Source of the DNA: a virus
Direction: 5' to 3' (one strand)
DNA: 64,000 nt
Virus record (IMG/VR): IMGVR_UViG_3300005690_000024
Coordinates: 32,001 to 96,000 of that record
Position 1 is the stretch's first letter. The number at the start of each line of letters is the position of its first letter. The notes under the pieces are model-generated. The model was not told the origin of the DNA. It saw only the letters and a program-made list of their open reading frames with translations, and did not search any database. Positions 28,106 to 38,328 of this stretch are shown here, one piece after another. A program made the position numbers and the translations under genes.

Positions 28106-29397
28106 ATGTCGAAAGATGCATCGGCATGTCAGCGGTCTGCGTGTGGCGTTCCGCTGGATCGTGGCAGGTATCGGATATGGAACAATCCAGGTTCGTTCCC
28201 TGACTACCGTGATTACTGTGTTGTGTGTGGCCGTTCGATTATTGAGTACGACAGAAGCACATCTGGTCCGAAGTTGAAATTTGTCCGTATTGGTCGTGAG
28301 GAGAAAGAGTTATGAAGTTTGTGGCAATGATCCCTGGTCGTTATGGGAACCGTGCTCTTGTCGAGCTGACTGAGCTGGAGTTTGGATCGCTGACAGGTAA
28401 GCAATGCAGGTTAGAGCATTCGATGGTCGGCATGTCTTATGACGTTAATGGGCTGCGTGATGCACTGTTTGCGATCGCTCGCAACAGCATTGATATTAAG
28501 CGTACTCGGGCGTCGATGCAGGCGTTTCTGGATCTGACTGAGGACGCGGCGATTCTGGCAGTGTTGGAGAAGTGTGGCGTTCCGGTTGTTGTTCAGGAAC
28601 CTGTTGTTGGAGACGACGATGCAGAAGCGTGAGAAGATTGGGGAAGTGTCGTTTGTTATTGATTGGGCCTGTAACGAACTGCGGGCTCGTAAGGCGTGGC
28701 AGTTCCTGTTCGACTACTACAGGAACAACGGTGGCGATGTCGGCAAGCTCGACAATATGCTGATTGATTACACCCTGCTGTGTAAGTTCTTCAGTGAGTA
28801 CCCTCAGTCGTGTAAATCATTCTTCGAATGGGATTTCTTCGACTGCCACACATCGTTCATTTCGAATGGTCCACTGTGTGGTGCTGATGACTGGTTGATT
28901 CGTGGCGAGTGGGATATCGACGGTCGTTTGGTCACGTTCTATCTCGTGACGGAGGTTCCAGATGAGTCGGGGGATTAACGTCGAGAAGGCTGTTGGTCGG
29001 ATCATCGGGCGCCCGTTCAGGGACGGTCAGTACGTCACAGCAGAAGAGAAGTTGGCAATTGCGTCCGACTTGAGTATAGGCATCGTGGCAATGCAGTGTC
29101 CTCACTTGCATGCTTCGTTGGAGACGTGGATCAGTGCGAGGGTGAAGCGAGAGTGTGAAAGGATCAGAAGTGAACCAGGAAGAATGCGTTGAGGCGTTTA
29201 AGTTGATTGGGGCGATCACTGGTTGTGAGGGTGATTCGGTGACGATTCATTCGGGCAACCCTGATTTCCAGCAGACTGATGAGATTGATTTCTGTGTGAG
29301 TGTGGTCCAGAACTTTGGTGACGCGGAATACTTTTACGGGGCATCGATTGTTGACGCCCTTCGCAAAGCGGTGAAATCGGTTCTTGGTGGAGCGTGA
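28106..29397 (+). CDS. Row of small hypothetical ORFs (28106-28315, 28312-28632, about 28610-28978, 28962-29192, about 29170-29397)
   Basis: Overlapping + strand ORFs. Starts are uncertain. Confidence 0.45.
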
Positions 29398-29398
29398 T

Positions 29399-30373
29399 AT
29401 GGGATTCAAGGTTGGCGATCGGGTGTTTATCAAGCGTGGTTGTTGGACGGGCTGTTACGGGAAGATCTCATACTTGGGTCGAGATACGGAGCTTGTTCAG
29501 GTTGATGTCGAGAACTGGATTGTCGGTGGGAAGTGCGTTTGCGTTTCACTGCATGCGGACCAGCCTGATTTGCTGGACAGTATCGAGGCGGCGCCATTGG
29601 TTCGGTACTTTGTACCAACAGGCTCCTACGCTTCGCGGTTTGCTTATATTGTCGTTAACGAAGACGACATTGGTTCCGTGATAGAGTTCGATGGGACCGT
29701 CAGGAATAATGATTCTGGTGCCGTGTACTCAGTGGATTACCATGTTTCCACGGGATGCTGGACGCAGGTGACTGAGGAAAAAGCAAAGTCCCGTGTGTGC
29801 AACATTCGGTATTACATCCCAACGGGGTTCTTAGCGAACTCGTTTGCATATGTCGAGCGATTGAATGGCAAGGCGACGTCATATACTGTCTCTGGCAATC
29901 TGAACCTGCAGACTGAATGGGGTGTGAATCAGGATAAGATTGTTAGTCGTGGCGACTGGAAGGAGGTCAGCGAGTCAGAGGCGAAGGCGAGGGTGAGACA
30001 GGATCGGTACTACATACCAGTGGGGATGACCGCCAATGATCTTCGCTACCTAGTTCGAACGAACGGCTTTTACCGCCTTTGCGAGAATGATAGCGTTCTT
30101 TATGAGAGGAGGTACAACTGGGGTCCGGCAGAAGACGAGTGTGTTGAGCGTGGCGACTGGAAGGAAGTGACAGAGGCAGAAGCGAAGGCTCGATGTGTTG
30201 TTCGCGTGCCAGTTCGGCTGTGGGTTAATGAGTCTAGCCTGAAGGCTGGTTCATTGAATGTTCGTTGCAGTCCAGAACGCCCAGACGTGGATCGTTACGG
30301 TCCAGGGTTTGTTGAGGTTCATTCGGACAAAAAGGGCGGGTTCTACGTGGAGGTGCCCGATGGAGGACGGTGA
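29399..30373 (+). CDS. KOW-like N-terminus plus three repeats of about 66 aa
   Basis: FKVGDRVFIKRGCWTGCYG; three RY(F/Y)(V/I)P(T/V)G...W.(Q/E)V(T/S)E..AK.R units. DNA repeat cgtggcgactggaagga at 29948 and 30149. Confidence 0.75.
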   Translation: MGFKVGDRVFIKRGCWTGCYGKISYLGRDTELVQVDVENWIVGGKCVCVSLHADQPDLLDSIEAAPLVRYFVPTGSYASRFAYIVVNEDDIGSVIEFDGTVRNNDSGAVYSVDYHVSTGCWTQVTEEKAKSRVCNIRYYIPTGFLANSFAYVERLNGKATSYTVSGNLNLQTEWGVNQDKIVSRGDWKEVSESEAKARVRQDRYYIPVGMTANDLRYLVRTNGFYRLCENDSVLYERRYNWGPAEDECVERGDWKEVTEAEAKARCVVRVPVRLWVNESSLKAGSLNVRCSPERPDVDRYGPGFVEVHSDKKGGFYVEVPDGGR

Positions 30374-30828
30374 GATTTGCATTTCAACCTTGCGGGTTGA
30401 TCTTGTTCAGAACGGGAACACGCTTGGAACAACGGAGTCTGTTGAGTCCTTGCAGGTTTCGTTTGAGTCAGAGACGTTCTTGGATGAAGAAGATCAGGGG
30501 TTCATGGTGATCAAGACGAACGGCTGGAGCGTTGATAGTGTGGAGCAATTGGCTTCGTTGCTGAACGCGGTGGCCGACTTGAGGTGTGGTTTGTACGACA
30601 AGTTGAACGGGAAGGAGTCTGGCGATGTTGAGTAGAGAGGTGAAGCGCCAGGCGGAACAGGGCGATGAGCTTGCGAAGGGGTATGTGGATGCGTTGGAGT
30701 TTTTGGTTCGCATCCAGAAGGCTGAGCGTAAGTTGCATTGGGAAGAGGGTGACAGTTTGGAGGGCGTCTTGGAAGAGTTGAATGCTTTTCTGGACAACCA
30801 TTTGGGTTTGCGTCGTAAGCGAGTTTGA
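30360..30828 (+). CDS. Two hypothetical ORFs (about 30360-30635 and 30625-30828)
   Basis: Packed ORFs between the repeat protein and thyX. Confidence 0.5.
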
Positions 30829-30854
30829 AAGTTTTCTTTTGTGGAGAGTTGTTG

Positions 30855-31652
30855 ATGGCGTCGATTGATAAGAAGCCAGTTGTGTCATGTGTTGCACAGT
30901 CTCAGTTGAACATGGATGGAATCTATGAGTACCTGCATGCAACAGGGAATGATGAGTTCATTGGGACGATCGCAGCAGCCAGGGGAGATGGCTTGTCTGA
31001 CATGGAGATCTTGGTTAGTTTGATGGCGAAGTTGTGTTACAAGAGTCTGACGCTCGGCCACAACTCGAACATCACTCGGGTGCGGGATATTAAGAGCAAT
31101 ATTGAAGCGGCGATCAGCTCTGAACACGGCAGCGTGTTGGAACATGCCTCGATGTCATTCATTGTCCGTGACTGCAGCCGGATCTACACGCATGAGAAAG
31201 TGCGCCACCGCGCTGGAACAGCGTTCAGTCAGAATTCGGGGAGATTCATTCGGCTGGACGAGATTGATCTGATTGTTGACCCGATCCTCGATCCTGTGCG
31301 AGAAGAACTTCTTGAGGCGGTGAAGTATCTTGAGGATGTCTACGCTCGTATGGCTGACAAGCTTGGCATGAATGAGCCAGGGCTTGACTTCACGCGAAAG
31401 AAGAAGTTGACATCAGCTCTCCGCCGCATCGCGCCGAATGGTCAGGCGAATGAGTTGGGTTTTTCAATCAACCTTCGTTCGCTTCGGTTCACGATCATGA
31501 AGCGTACTGATAGGGCTGCTGAGTGGGAGATTCGGTACATCTTCGCACAGATCTATAAGATCGCAAAGCAGGCTGTTCCGACGCTGTTCTGTGATGCTGT
31601 TGAGAATGAGTACGAGGGGCTTCCTGAGATCAAGTTCGGTCACCACACATGA
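30855..31652 (+). CDS. thyX: FAD-dependent thymidylate synthase
   Basis: HGSVLEHASMSF...SRIYTHEKVRHRAGTAFSQNSGRF matches the ThyX RHRx7S motif. Confidence 0.92.
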   Translation: MASIDKKPVVSCVAQSQLNMDGIYEYLHATGNDEFIGTIAAARGDGLSDMEILVSLMAKLCYKSLTLGHNSNITRVRDIKSNIEAAISSEHGSVLEHASMSFIVRDCSRIYTHEKVRHRAGTAFSQNSGRFIRLDEIDLIVDPILDPVREELLEAVKYLEDVYARMADKLGMNEPGLDFTRKKKLTSALRRIAPNGQANELGFSINLRSLRFTIMKRTDRAAEWEIRYIFAQIYKIAKQAVPTLFCDAVENEYEGLPEIKFGHHT

Positions 31653-31764
31653 GTTCACAGAATAGTTGAGATTTTTGCGTATAGTCACCTTTACAGGTGT
31701 CACTGGCGTTGCGTATGTTTCTTTGCGATGTTGGTGGCACCTTTTTTCTTTGTGGGAGATTGTG

Positions 31765-32421
31765 ATGAGAGAGTCTGTTGGTAATGCACCGATTGGTGGT
31801 CGCAAGAAGAACATTGTTCGCAATACGGCGACTGAGTTTACGGGGAACCCTGCATTGAATCCGGCGTTGCCGATCTTTGGTGGTTCGTCGGAGGCGATTC
31901 TTCGTCAGGAAGCTGCTGGCCAGTTCGAGGTCTGCGTGAGCGATGTTCTCCCTGTTCGTGGGGTTGACTCTGTACGGAAGATGATCGAAGACGCGGGCGG
32001 TCATGTTGGTGAGGCAGTGAGTGGGGACGACTTGTTTGTTCACGTCACCGTTCCGAGGGGCTGGAAGAAGCAGGCGTCAGATCATTCGATGTGGTCGTAC
32101 TTGCTGGATGCGAATGGTTGCAAGCGGGCGGAGATCTTTTACAAGGCTGCGTTCTACGATCGATCTGCGCATGTGAGTGCGTGCCATCGCTTTGGCATGG
32201 ATCTGTACTCGAACGAGGTCACGCCAGAGGGGTCGTTGACGGCGAGCATTTGTGATGCCCGTGGTCTGGTATCGCATGCTGTGAACGGAGTTGTAGATCC
32301 ACTGGATGACGAAAGATCGAAAGTGTACCGCCTTCGCGATCGTGTTGCGGAGGAATTGCGTTTGTGGCTGAATGAGAACTACCCGCTGTGGGAAGACAGT
32401 TCTGCTTACTGGGCTGATTGA
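31765..32421 (+). CDS. Conserved-looking phage hypothetical protein
   Basis: GWKKQASDHSMWSYLLDANGCKRAEIFYKAAFYDRSA; GGGAGA RBS; motif copy upstream. Confidence 0.65.
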   Translation: MRESVGNAPIGGRKKNIVRNTATEFTGNPALNPALPIFGGSSEAILRQEAAGQFEVCVSDVLPVRGVDSVRKMIEDAGGHVGEAVSGDDLFVHVTVPRGWKKQASDHSMWSYLLDANGCKRAEIFYKAAFYDRSAHVSACHRFGMDLYSNEVTPEGSLTASICDARGLVSHAVNGVVDPLDDERSKVYRLRDRVAEELRLWLNENYPLWEDSSAYWAD

Positions 32422-34646
32422 TTGGGAGGTTACTGTGGTTGAATTGATTGTTGGGCAGATTTGCATGTCGATGTTGAGCCTTGAAAAGTACACGGTTTGT
32501 GGCTTTGGCAGTGATGGGTGTGCGATCCTAGAAGATGCGGAGGGCGGTCTTCACTGGGCTGGCGATATTGATATTGCGGATCTTGTTGATGTGACGGGCA
32601 AGTCAGTCGCGGTTGAGGCCGATGAGCCTGAAGTCACTGAGATGGTGGTCAGTTACGGCTACTTCATGGGTGCGGCGTTGACGGGACTTCTGGCGAACCC
32701 GAATATAATAAGGACATCGGACGTCATGCCTAGCGGCGGCCTTGTTCGGAGTATAGTGAAGTGCGCGAAAACGTTTGCAGAGTCATTAGTGGAGGCGTCA
32801 GATGGACAGTCGTGAGTTGAAGCCGTTGCAGACGCACGGGCGGTACGTTGAGGTGTGGGTTCCACCAACTGAGCGTTTTGTGCGGTATGAGCGTTCAGAT
32901 GAGCGGTGGGCGCGTCCGTTGGGTATAGGCACTGTGGGGAGGGAACTGGAAGCGTTGTACGACGTTCGGGATGAGACGTTCCAGTTGATCGGTTACACGC
33001 GGCACAATCCTGCTGTGTTGGGTGGGTATCGTCGTTTGCCGTTGATGTTCTCAAGGGCGTCTCTGCAGTCTTACGCGCCATGGACGAACCCGAGTGAAAG
33101 GGAGGTCTTGGCGGATGTTAACCAGATTGATCTGCGGGTTGATGTTTACGGGATGGGTCGTGAGCAATTCTGGGTTTGGATCTGCCCGCTGGCCCAGTCG
33201 TTTGATTTGTTGGAACTGAAGTGGGTGTCGGTTGTTGGCAAGGACAATCGTCGGGAGTGGGAGTGGGATCTTCGGAAGCGTTTGGCGGATCGTGACAACG
33301 TGTGTTACTCAGGTCGGAGGTATTGAGGTGCGAAAGCGAAAGTCGATTGTTGGTGCGTCGTGTGCGTCGTACGCCTTGGGGCGAATGGTCGTTTCAGAGA
33401 AGGAGGTTGATGATGGCGTACTGGTTTATTGTGATAACTGGCTTCATGGGATGCTTCTTCGGTATGTCGCCATGAATGATCTTCCTGACGGCTGGCGTGT
33501 TGATCGGTTGAATACAAGTCCTGATTGCCGTGGTGTTAAGAAAGGGTAGGTGTTTCGATGCGGATTTTGACAAGCAACTTCCAGATGGCGTTGCGTATAG
33601 CGATCGAGGAAGAACTGAAGTTGGTTCGGAAGAGTGGCCTGGAGACGAACGGCTTCATTGAGGGTCTTCGTGAAGTGTTGGAGGCATCGCGTCGTGGCGA
33701 GCAGATTACTGTTTCTGACAGGTAGGTGGCGTTGTGAAAACGTTTTGTATTGAGTGTCGTCATCATTGTGGTGCTGAAGCAGATCTTCCGTGGCACTTGC
33801 ATGTGTGCCTGCACCCTGATGTTCAGCGTGTTCAGGAGAGAGATCCTGTCACTGGACGGTTTGGTTTTGTGAGCCGCAATTCTCTTGGAGAGTTGTACTT
33901 CACTCCAGACGTGAGTCCCTGTTGCCGTGATTTCAATCGTGGCAACTGCGAGATGTATGAGCCGAAGTGAATCTTGTGATTCATTGTTTACGTGTTTCAA
34001 AGTTTGATCGTAGGAGATTGTTATGCCGTGCAATGGTGGGAATTAATTCGGAAGAACCGAGTACATCGATAATCCAGACCACAAGAAGAAGATTGACGTG
34101 TTGACTCGTCAGTTGTGCCATGCCTGTCAGATGCTCAGTGAGGGTGGCATTGAGTTGCCAAAGGAGTTGGACGAGTGGTGGTATGAGCACAAGCTTGAGG
34201 ATGAGGCGAGAGTTGCAGAAGCAAAGCGTCGAGCTGAGGCGCAGTCTGCGGTGAAACGCCGTGCAGAGTATCTGGAGAGTGTTCGATCTCGTGTGTTGGG
34301 TCAGCTCACAGAAGATGAGCGAGAGTCGCTTGGGTTGTAGGTCTGTTTGTCTGATGGGAATGAAAGGGGCGTGGTTGTGCAAGACAATCAGTTTTGGAGA
34401 GACAAGGCAATTCGTGCGTCACACTACTTCTGGTTCAAGTTTGGGTGGCGACTGCAGACGTGCACTGGCTGCAATGGCAGCGGTCGATACGACAACACGG
34501 GTTCGCCAAGTTGTAGTTCGTGCGATGGCACTGGTCGCACCTGGGTTCGTGGTCCAAGGTGGAGTGACAACGCGATAGTGAAGCATGCTCCAAGATTGGC
34601 AGCGTTGTATGCGAGGATCTGTGCTGAGCGTGAAAAGAGAAAGTGA
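32372..34646 (+). CDS. Row of hypothetical ORFs (about 32372-32815, 32802-33326, about 33326-33549, 33558-33725, 33734-33970, 34023-34340, 34347-34646)
   Basis: Contiguous + strand ORFs. The last has CTGCNGSG...CSSCDGTG, a DnaJ-type Zn-finger repeat. Confidence 0.5.
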
Positions 34647-34815
34647 TGCCATTCAATCCAGGCGATATTGTTGAGTGTGTCGAAGGCGGCACGATGTTTA
34701 TCACGGGGAAGCGATACTGCGTTTTGCTGTGTGTCCCCATCGGTTCATCGGGGCGATTTATTTTGCGTCTGAGCAATCTCGCTTGGACGTTTGCAGATAG
34801 ATTTGTGGGGGTTGT

Positions 34816-35475
34816 ATGAAAGAAGACGTGAAGACAGAGCATGAGAGCTGGTGCCTCGTGCAAGCGAACAGGGTTTCAGGGCGGTCTGATGACTTGTTCG
34901 CCACATCGCTTGAGCACCAGCACACGATTCAGATCAAGATTGCACGGGCTGCGCAGTACTCGGGTCACGGGAGTACTCGGTACATGGATCGGGAGCAGTT
35001 GATTGCGATCGAGATGTCCCCGATGCAGTGGGCAGAGTTCATTACGACGATGAACATGGGTTGTGGCGTGCCGTGCACCTTGCGTCGATTCGAGGGGAAG
35101 GCTGTTAAGGGCCAGAAGCACGAGACGGAGACGGTGCGTATTCAGGATCAGTTCTCCCAGCATGCAAAAGCAGTGGGGGAGAAAATGCGTGATCTTCACG
35201 AGGATATTGCGAGTCGGCTTGAGAAGACATCGCTGTCCAAGAAGGCTCAGGGGGAGATCCTAGAAAAGATCTACATGTTGACGCGGGTGTTTCACGACTA
35301 CATGCCGTTTATGCACGATCGGTTTGTTGAGGCGTGCGAGTCGACGGTTTCTGAGGCGAAGGCGGCTGTTGATGCTTTTGTGTCGCATGCGGTGTTGCAG
35401 ACGGGGCTTGAGTATCTGGCGGAGCATGCCCAGCAGCGATTGATCGGTGTGAAGGGGGAAGGCGATGTCGAGTGA
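34816..35475 (+). CDS. Hypothetical phage protein (MNMGCGVPCTL motif plus coiled coil)
   Basis: 219-aa ORF with an RBS. Confidence 0.65.
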   Translation: MKEDVKTEHESWCLVQANRVSGRSDDLFATSLEHQHTIQIKIARAAQYSGHGSTRYMDREQLIAIEMSPMQWAEFITTMNMGCGVPCTLRRFEGKAVKGQKHETETVRIQDQFSQHAKAVGEKMRDLHEDIASRLEKTSLSKKAQGEILEKIYMLTRVFHDYMPFMHDRFVEACESTVSEAKAAVDAFVSHAVLQTGLEYLAEHAQQRLIGVKGEGDVE

Positions 35476-37140
35476 TCCTCGGCTTCTGGTAAACATCTTT
35501 GGGGCATCGGAAATGAAACAGTATTTGATAACGGCAATCGAAGCAGAAGAGTGCATGCCTATTGATGGTGCCGAAATACGCATCGTCACGAACGCTGGCA
35601 CATTCACGTTATGGGTCCAGACGTGCAATCAGAAGATGGGGACGCTGAAGGTTGAAATTGGACACGGTGAGGAACATCAAACTCACTTTATTAGGAAAGA
35701 TAAATGACGATCAGGATGAACCACCGCAAGGTGGCAGAAGTGATTCTGATGGAACTTGCGAGGCATAAGGAAGGGCGGTTTAGCTTCTGCTGCTCGTTTG
35801 CCTATGACGATGATAGCGATTTCCTAAACAAAGTTGCGGAAAGACTTGGTCTCCTCGAAATGGGCTGCAAGCCATTTCTGTCTCGCATTCAGCGAGTATG
35901 CAGGAAACTTGAGCAGTGGGGGATTCTTGGTGGGCAGTTGCTGTCTTGTCACGCTGAGTATTTTGGAGAACCGCGAGTTTTGAAGCGGTATGAATTCGGT
36001 GATCATGGATATGCAATGCGGCTTGCTCCTGATCTGTGGCCGAATTACAAGCCAATGGGGCGAGCTGAAGTAGAACTTGAGATACTTCTCGAAAGACCAT
36101 TCCCTCGAAAGCAGCAGGCTGCCGATTTCGATTCTGAAGGCTGGGGGTGTCATGAAACTTGAACCGAGCGTGTTGGCGAACAAGGTGAGCCTGCATCTGA
36201 GTGCGGGCGGTCGTGTGAAGATGACTGTTCGCGGGAGGGGTATGCGCCCATCGTGGAACGTTGTCGGCACTCAGGTTTACGGGGATGTGTATTCGGTGAA
36301 GTTGTGCAGTCGTCGTTCTACGGGTGGCGTTTGGCGTGATGTTGGTGAGTTGGCAGACCAGATGGTGTTTCATTTTCAGTGAGGGGTTCGTTGTGTCGCA
36401 AGATGTTCCAAAGATTTCTGATGCGAATTTGGCGTTGCTGAAGTGGATTCAGACCAACAAGTCGATTCGGGCTTACAAGGGGAAGAGTCCTGAGCATGAT
36501 TGCGTGTATGAGGCGTGCGTTGTTCTTGAGAAGAACGGCTGGCTCTTTCGCTTTATTGAAGATGGTCCTTTGGTCGTCTTTGTCTACAGCCCGAAGAAGT
36601 GTGAATCGTGCGGCGGCGATATTCCGTGTCCAGGGTAGGAGGGTGTTTTCATGCCAGTGTTCCATGTGAAGGTTGAGGCGTCGTTTGAGGTTTATGCGGA
36701 TGACGAAAGTCAGGCGGCAATGGCAGCAATCGCTGTTTCAGGCGGCTGCAGTAGTGATTCGGTTAAAGTCGGGGAAAGGCGGCTCGTTGGTGGCTGCATT
36801 GTGCATCCGACAGGTTCAGAGGTCGTTTTCTGCGACCGTCGCTTGAGTCAACTGGAGATCATTGAGAAGTTTGGGGGGCTTCCAGATGAACCCTGAAGAA
36901 CTGACCCAGCGGGTGATTGATCACATGGCAACGGGCGGGCAGGTGACGTTCGTCCTTCGTCGGGATGAGGATGACTTTCGCCGGGACGATCGTCGGGTGA
37001 TTCGTGCCACGTTCTACGACTATGCGTCAGTGGTTCCAGGGCGTGGTCGCACGGGCATTATTGACTGGGAGTCGAACTACGAGCAGAGCTGGTCTTGCAC
37101 CTTCCTTCTGCTGGTGACCCATGAGCCGATGTTTCTGTAA
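35465..37140 (+). CDS. Row of hypothetical ORFs (about 35465-35707, 35704-36162, about 36150-36382, about 36370-36638, 36651-36896, about 36885-37140)
   Basis: Packed + strand ORFs ending at a terminator. Confidence 0.5.
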
Positions 37141-37169
37141 GTCGCACCTTCATTCCAAGGTTGCACCTT

Positions 37170-37201
37170 AACCCGCGCGGGGAACCTGCTGCGGGTTTTT
37201 T
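37170..37201 (+). terminator. Rho-independent terminator
   Basis: AACCCGCGCGG...CTGCTGCGGGTT plus a T run. Confidence 0.75.
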
Positions 37202-38260
37202 CGTTGGTGCCACCCTGACACGCTATACGGACGCATTACAGGCCCGTGGCGGCGTTTTGTGGCCTAGTGCGACACTTTACTCGTCTTGGCGTTGCAGGCC
37301 CTCAGATCGCCTCTAATGATTTGCAACGTGTTGGAAATGGGATTTGATACGATTTGCAACTTTGCCCTTTTTTGGAAATAGTTGATCCAAAACGGGCTGA
37401 AGCGTGGTTGAGGGCGTCATAGTCGTTCTGCCAAAACCAAACTACTGGACTCTCGAAGACATAGTATCGATTTCTCTGCCATCCTGCGCGATGGGCACCC
37501 TTCCAGTAGGGGGTGTGGCAACAGGGAAGTCGATACTATGTCTTTTTTTACGCGCTGGGTTTGGCGTGTCACTGGAACGGTCCAGGACACGCCCGAGGGG
37601 GTTATCCTTGGTGAAGGCGTTAAACTCAGCCTTGGAAGCGCCGTGACGTGTTGACGGATGACGACGAAGTTCAAACCCTCTCTCAAACCTTTCCTCTTGC
37701 ATTGCATGAGGGGGCTTTGGGGGAGCGCGTTCAGTGCTTCGGGAATCGAACGAAGTTCGTTCCCCAGTATGTCCAGCGCAGCGTAGACATACATTCTTCT
37801 ATCGCGAAGCGATAGGACTGTTTATTGCGCGCGCGTTATCAGTCCCTTCGGGACTGGACTGCTCTGATCCAGCGAAGCGTCGATCACTGCGATTCAGGCA
37901 CTGTGTGCCTGTTGACTCCTCTAGGAACTGAGGCATAAGCCATGCATTCAGTACGGTTGGGCATTTCCCTTTTTACATACAGACATATTCCTTTCTTTGC
38001 GCCTCTTCTCTTTGTCCAGGTCCAGCGTAGCGTCGACCGCTTTAGTCTATACGTCCCTGTGGGACTGCGCGCAGGACGGTGGCTCGCTTTTATGGGGCTG
38101 GAGCTGCTAAAACGGCTCGCAGGATGAAAAACCCAGCAAATTCGCAACGGTCGATACCTTTTGCACCGCTGTTTCCATTTGCAACGTGTTGGAAATGGTG
38201 TTGGTGGTTGGGTTGAATCTGGGTGAATCGGGTGAAAAGTTTTAGATCTTTTCAGTTGGG
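37202..38260. other. Highly structured non-coding region of about 1.1 kb (candidate origin, ssDNA signal or ncRNA locus)
   Basis: No credible gene. At least 10 hairpins, a 15-bp perfect inverted repeat (37456-37470 with 37530-37544), and a 22-bp direct repeat near each end. Confidence 0.65.
37319..38198 (+). repeat. Exact 22-bp direct repeat ATTTGCAACGTGTTGGAAATGG (37319-37340 and 38177-38198), near-palindromic
   Basis: The second copy extends to CCATTTGCAAC-GT-GTTGGAAATGG (11-bp arms, 1 mismatch). A split variant lies at 37351-37380. Confidence 0.9.
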
Positions 38261-38328
38261 GTTGCGTATAGGTACTGAGGTGCGTAGTATTCCGCCGCGT
38301 CGGTTTTCATTTTGTGGGAGGTTTGGTT

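Noticed and set aside
37404-38147. Short ORFs on both strands in the structured region
   Set aside because: No RBS, mutually overlapping, atypical composition, and coincident with dense hairpins.
37319-38198. CRISPR mini-array from the 22-bp repeats
   Set aside because: Only two exact copies, 836 bp apart, with no spacer-sized periodicity and no cas genes.
38211-38236. GG(T/G)TGAATC short tandem repeat as iterons
   Set aside because: Only 2-3 degenerate copies of about 10 bp in G/T-rich sequence, too weak to call.
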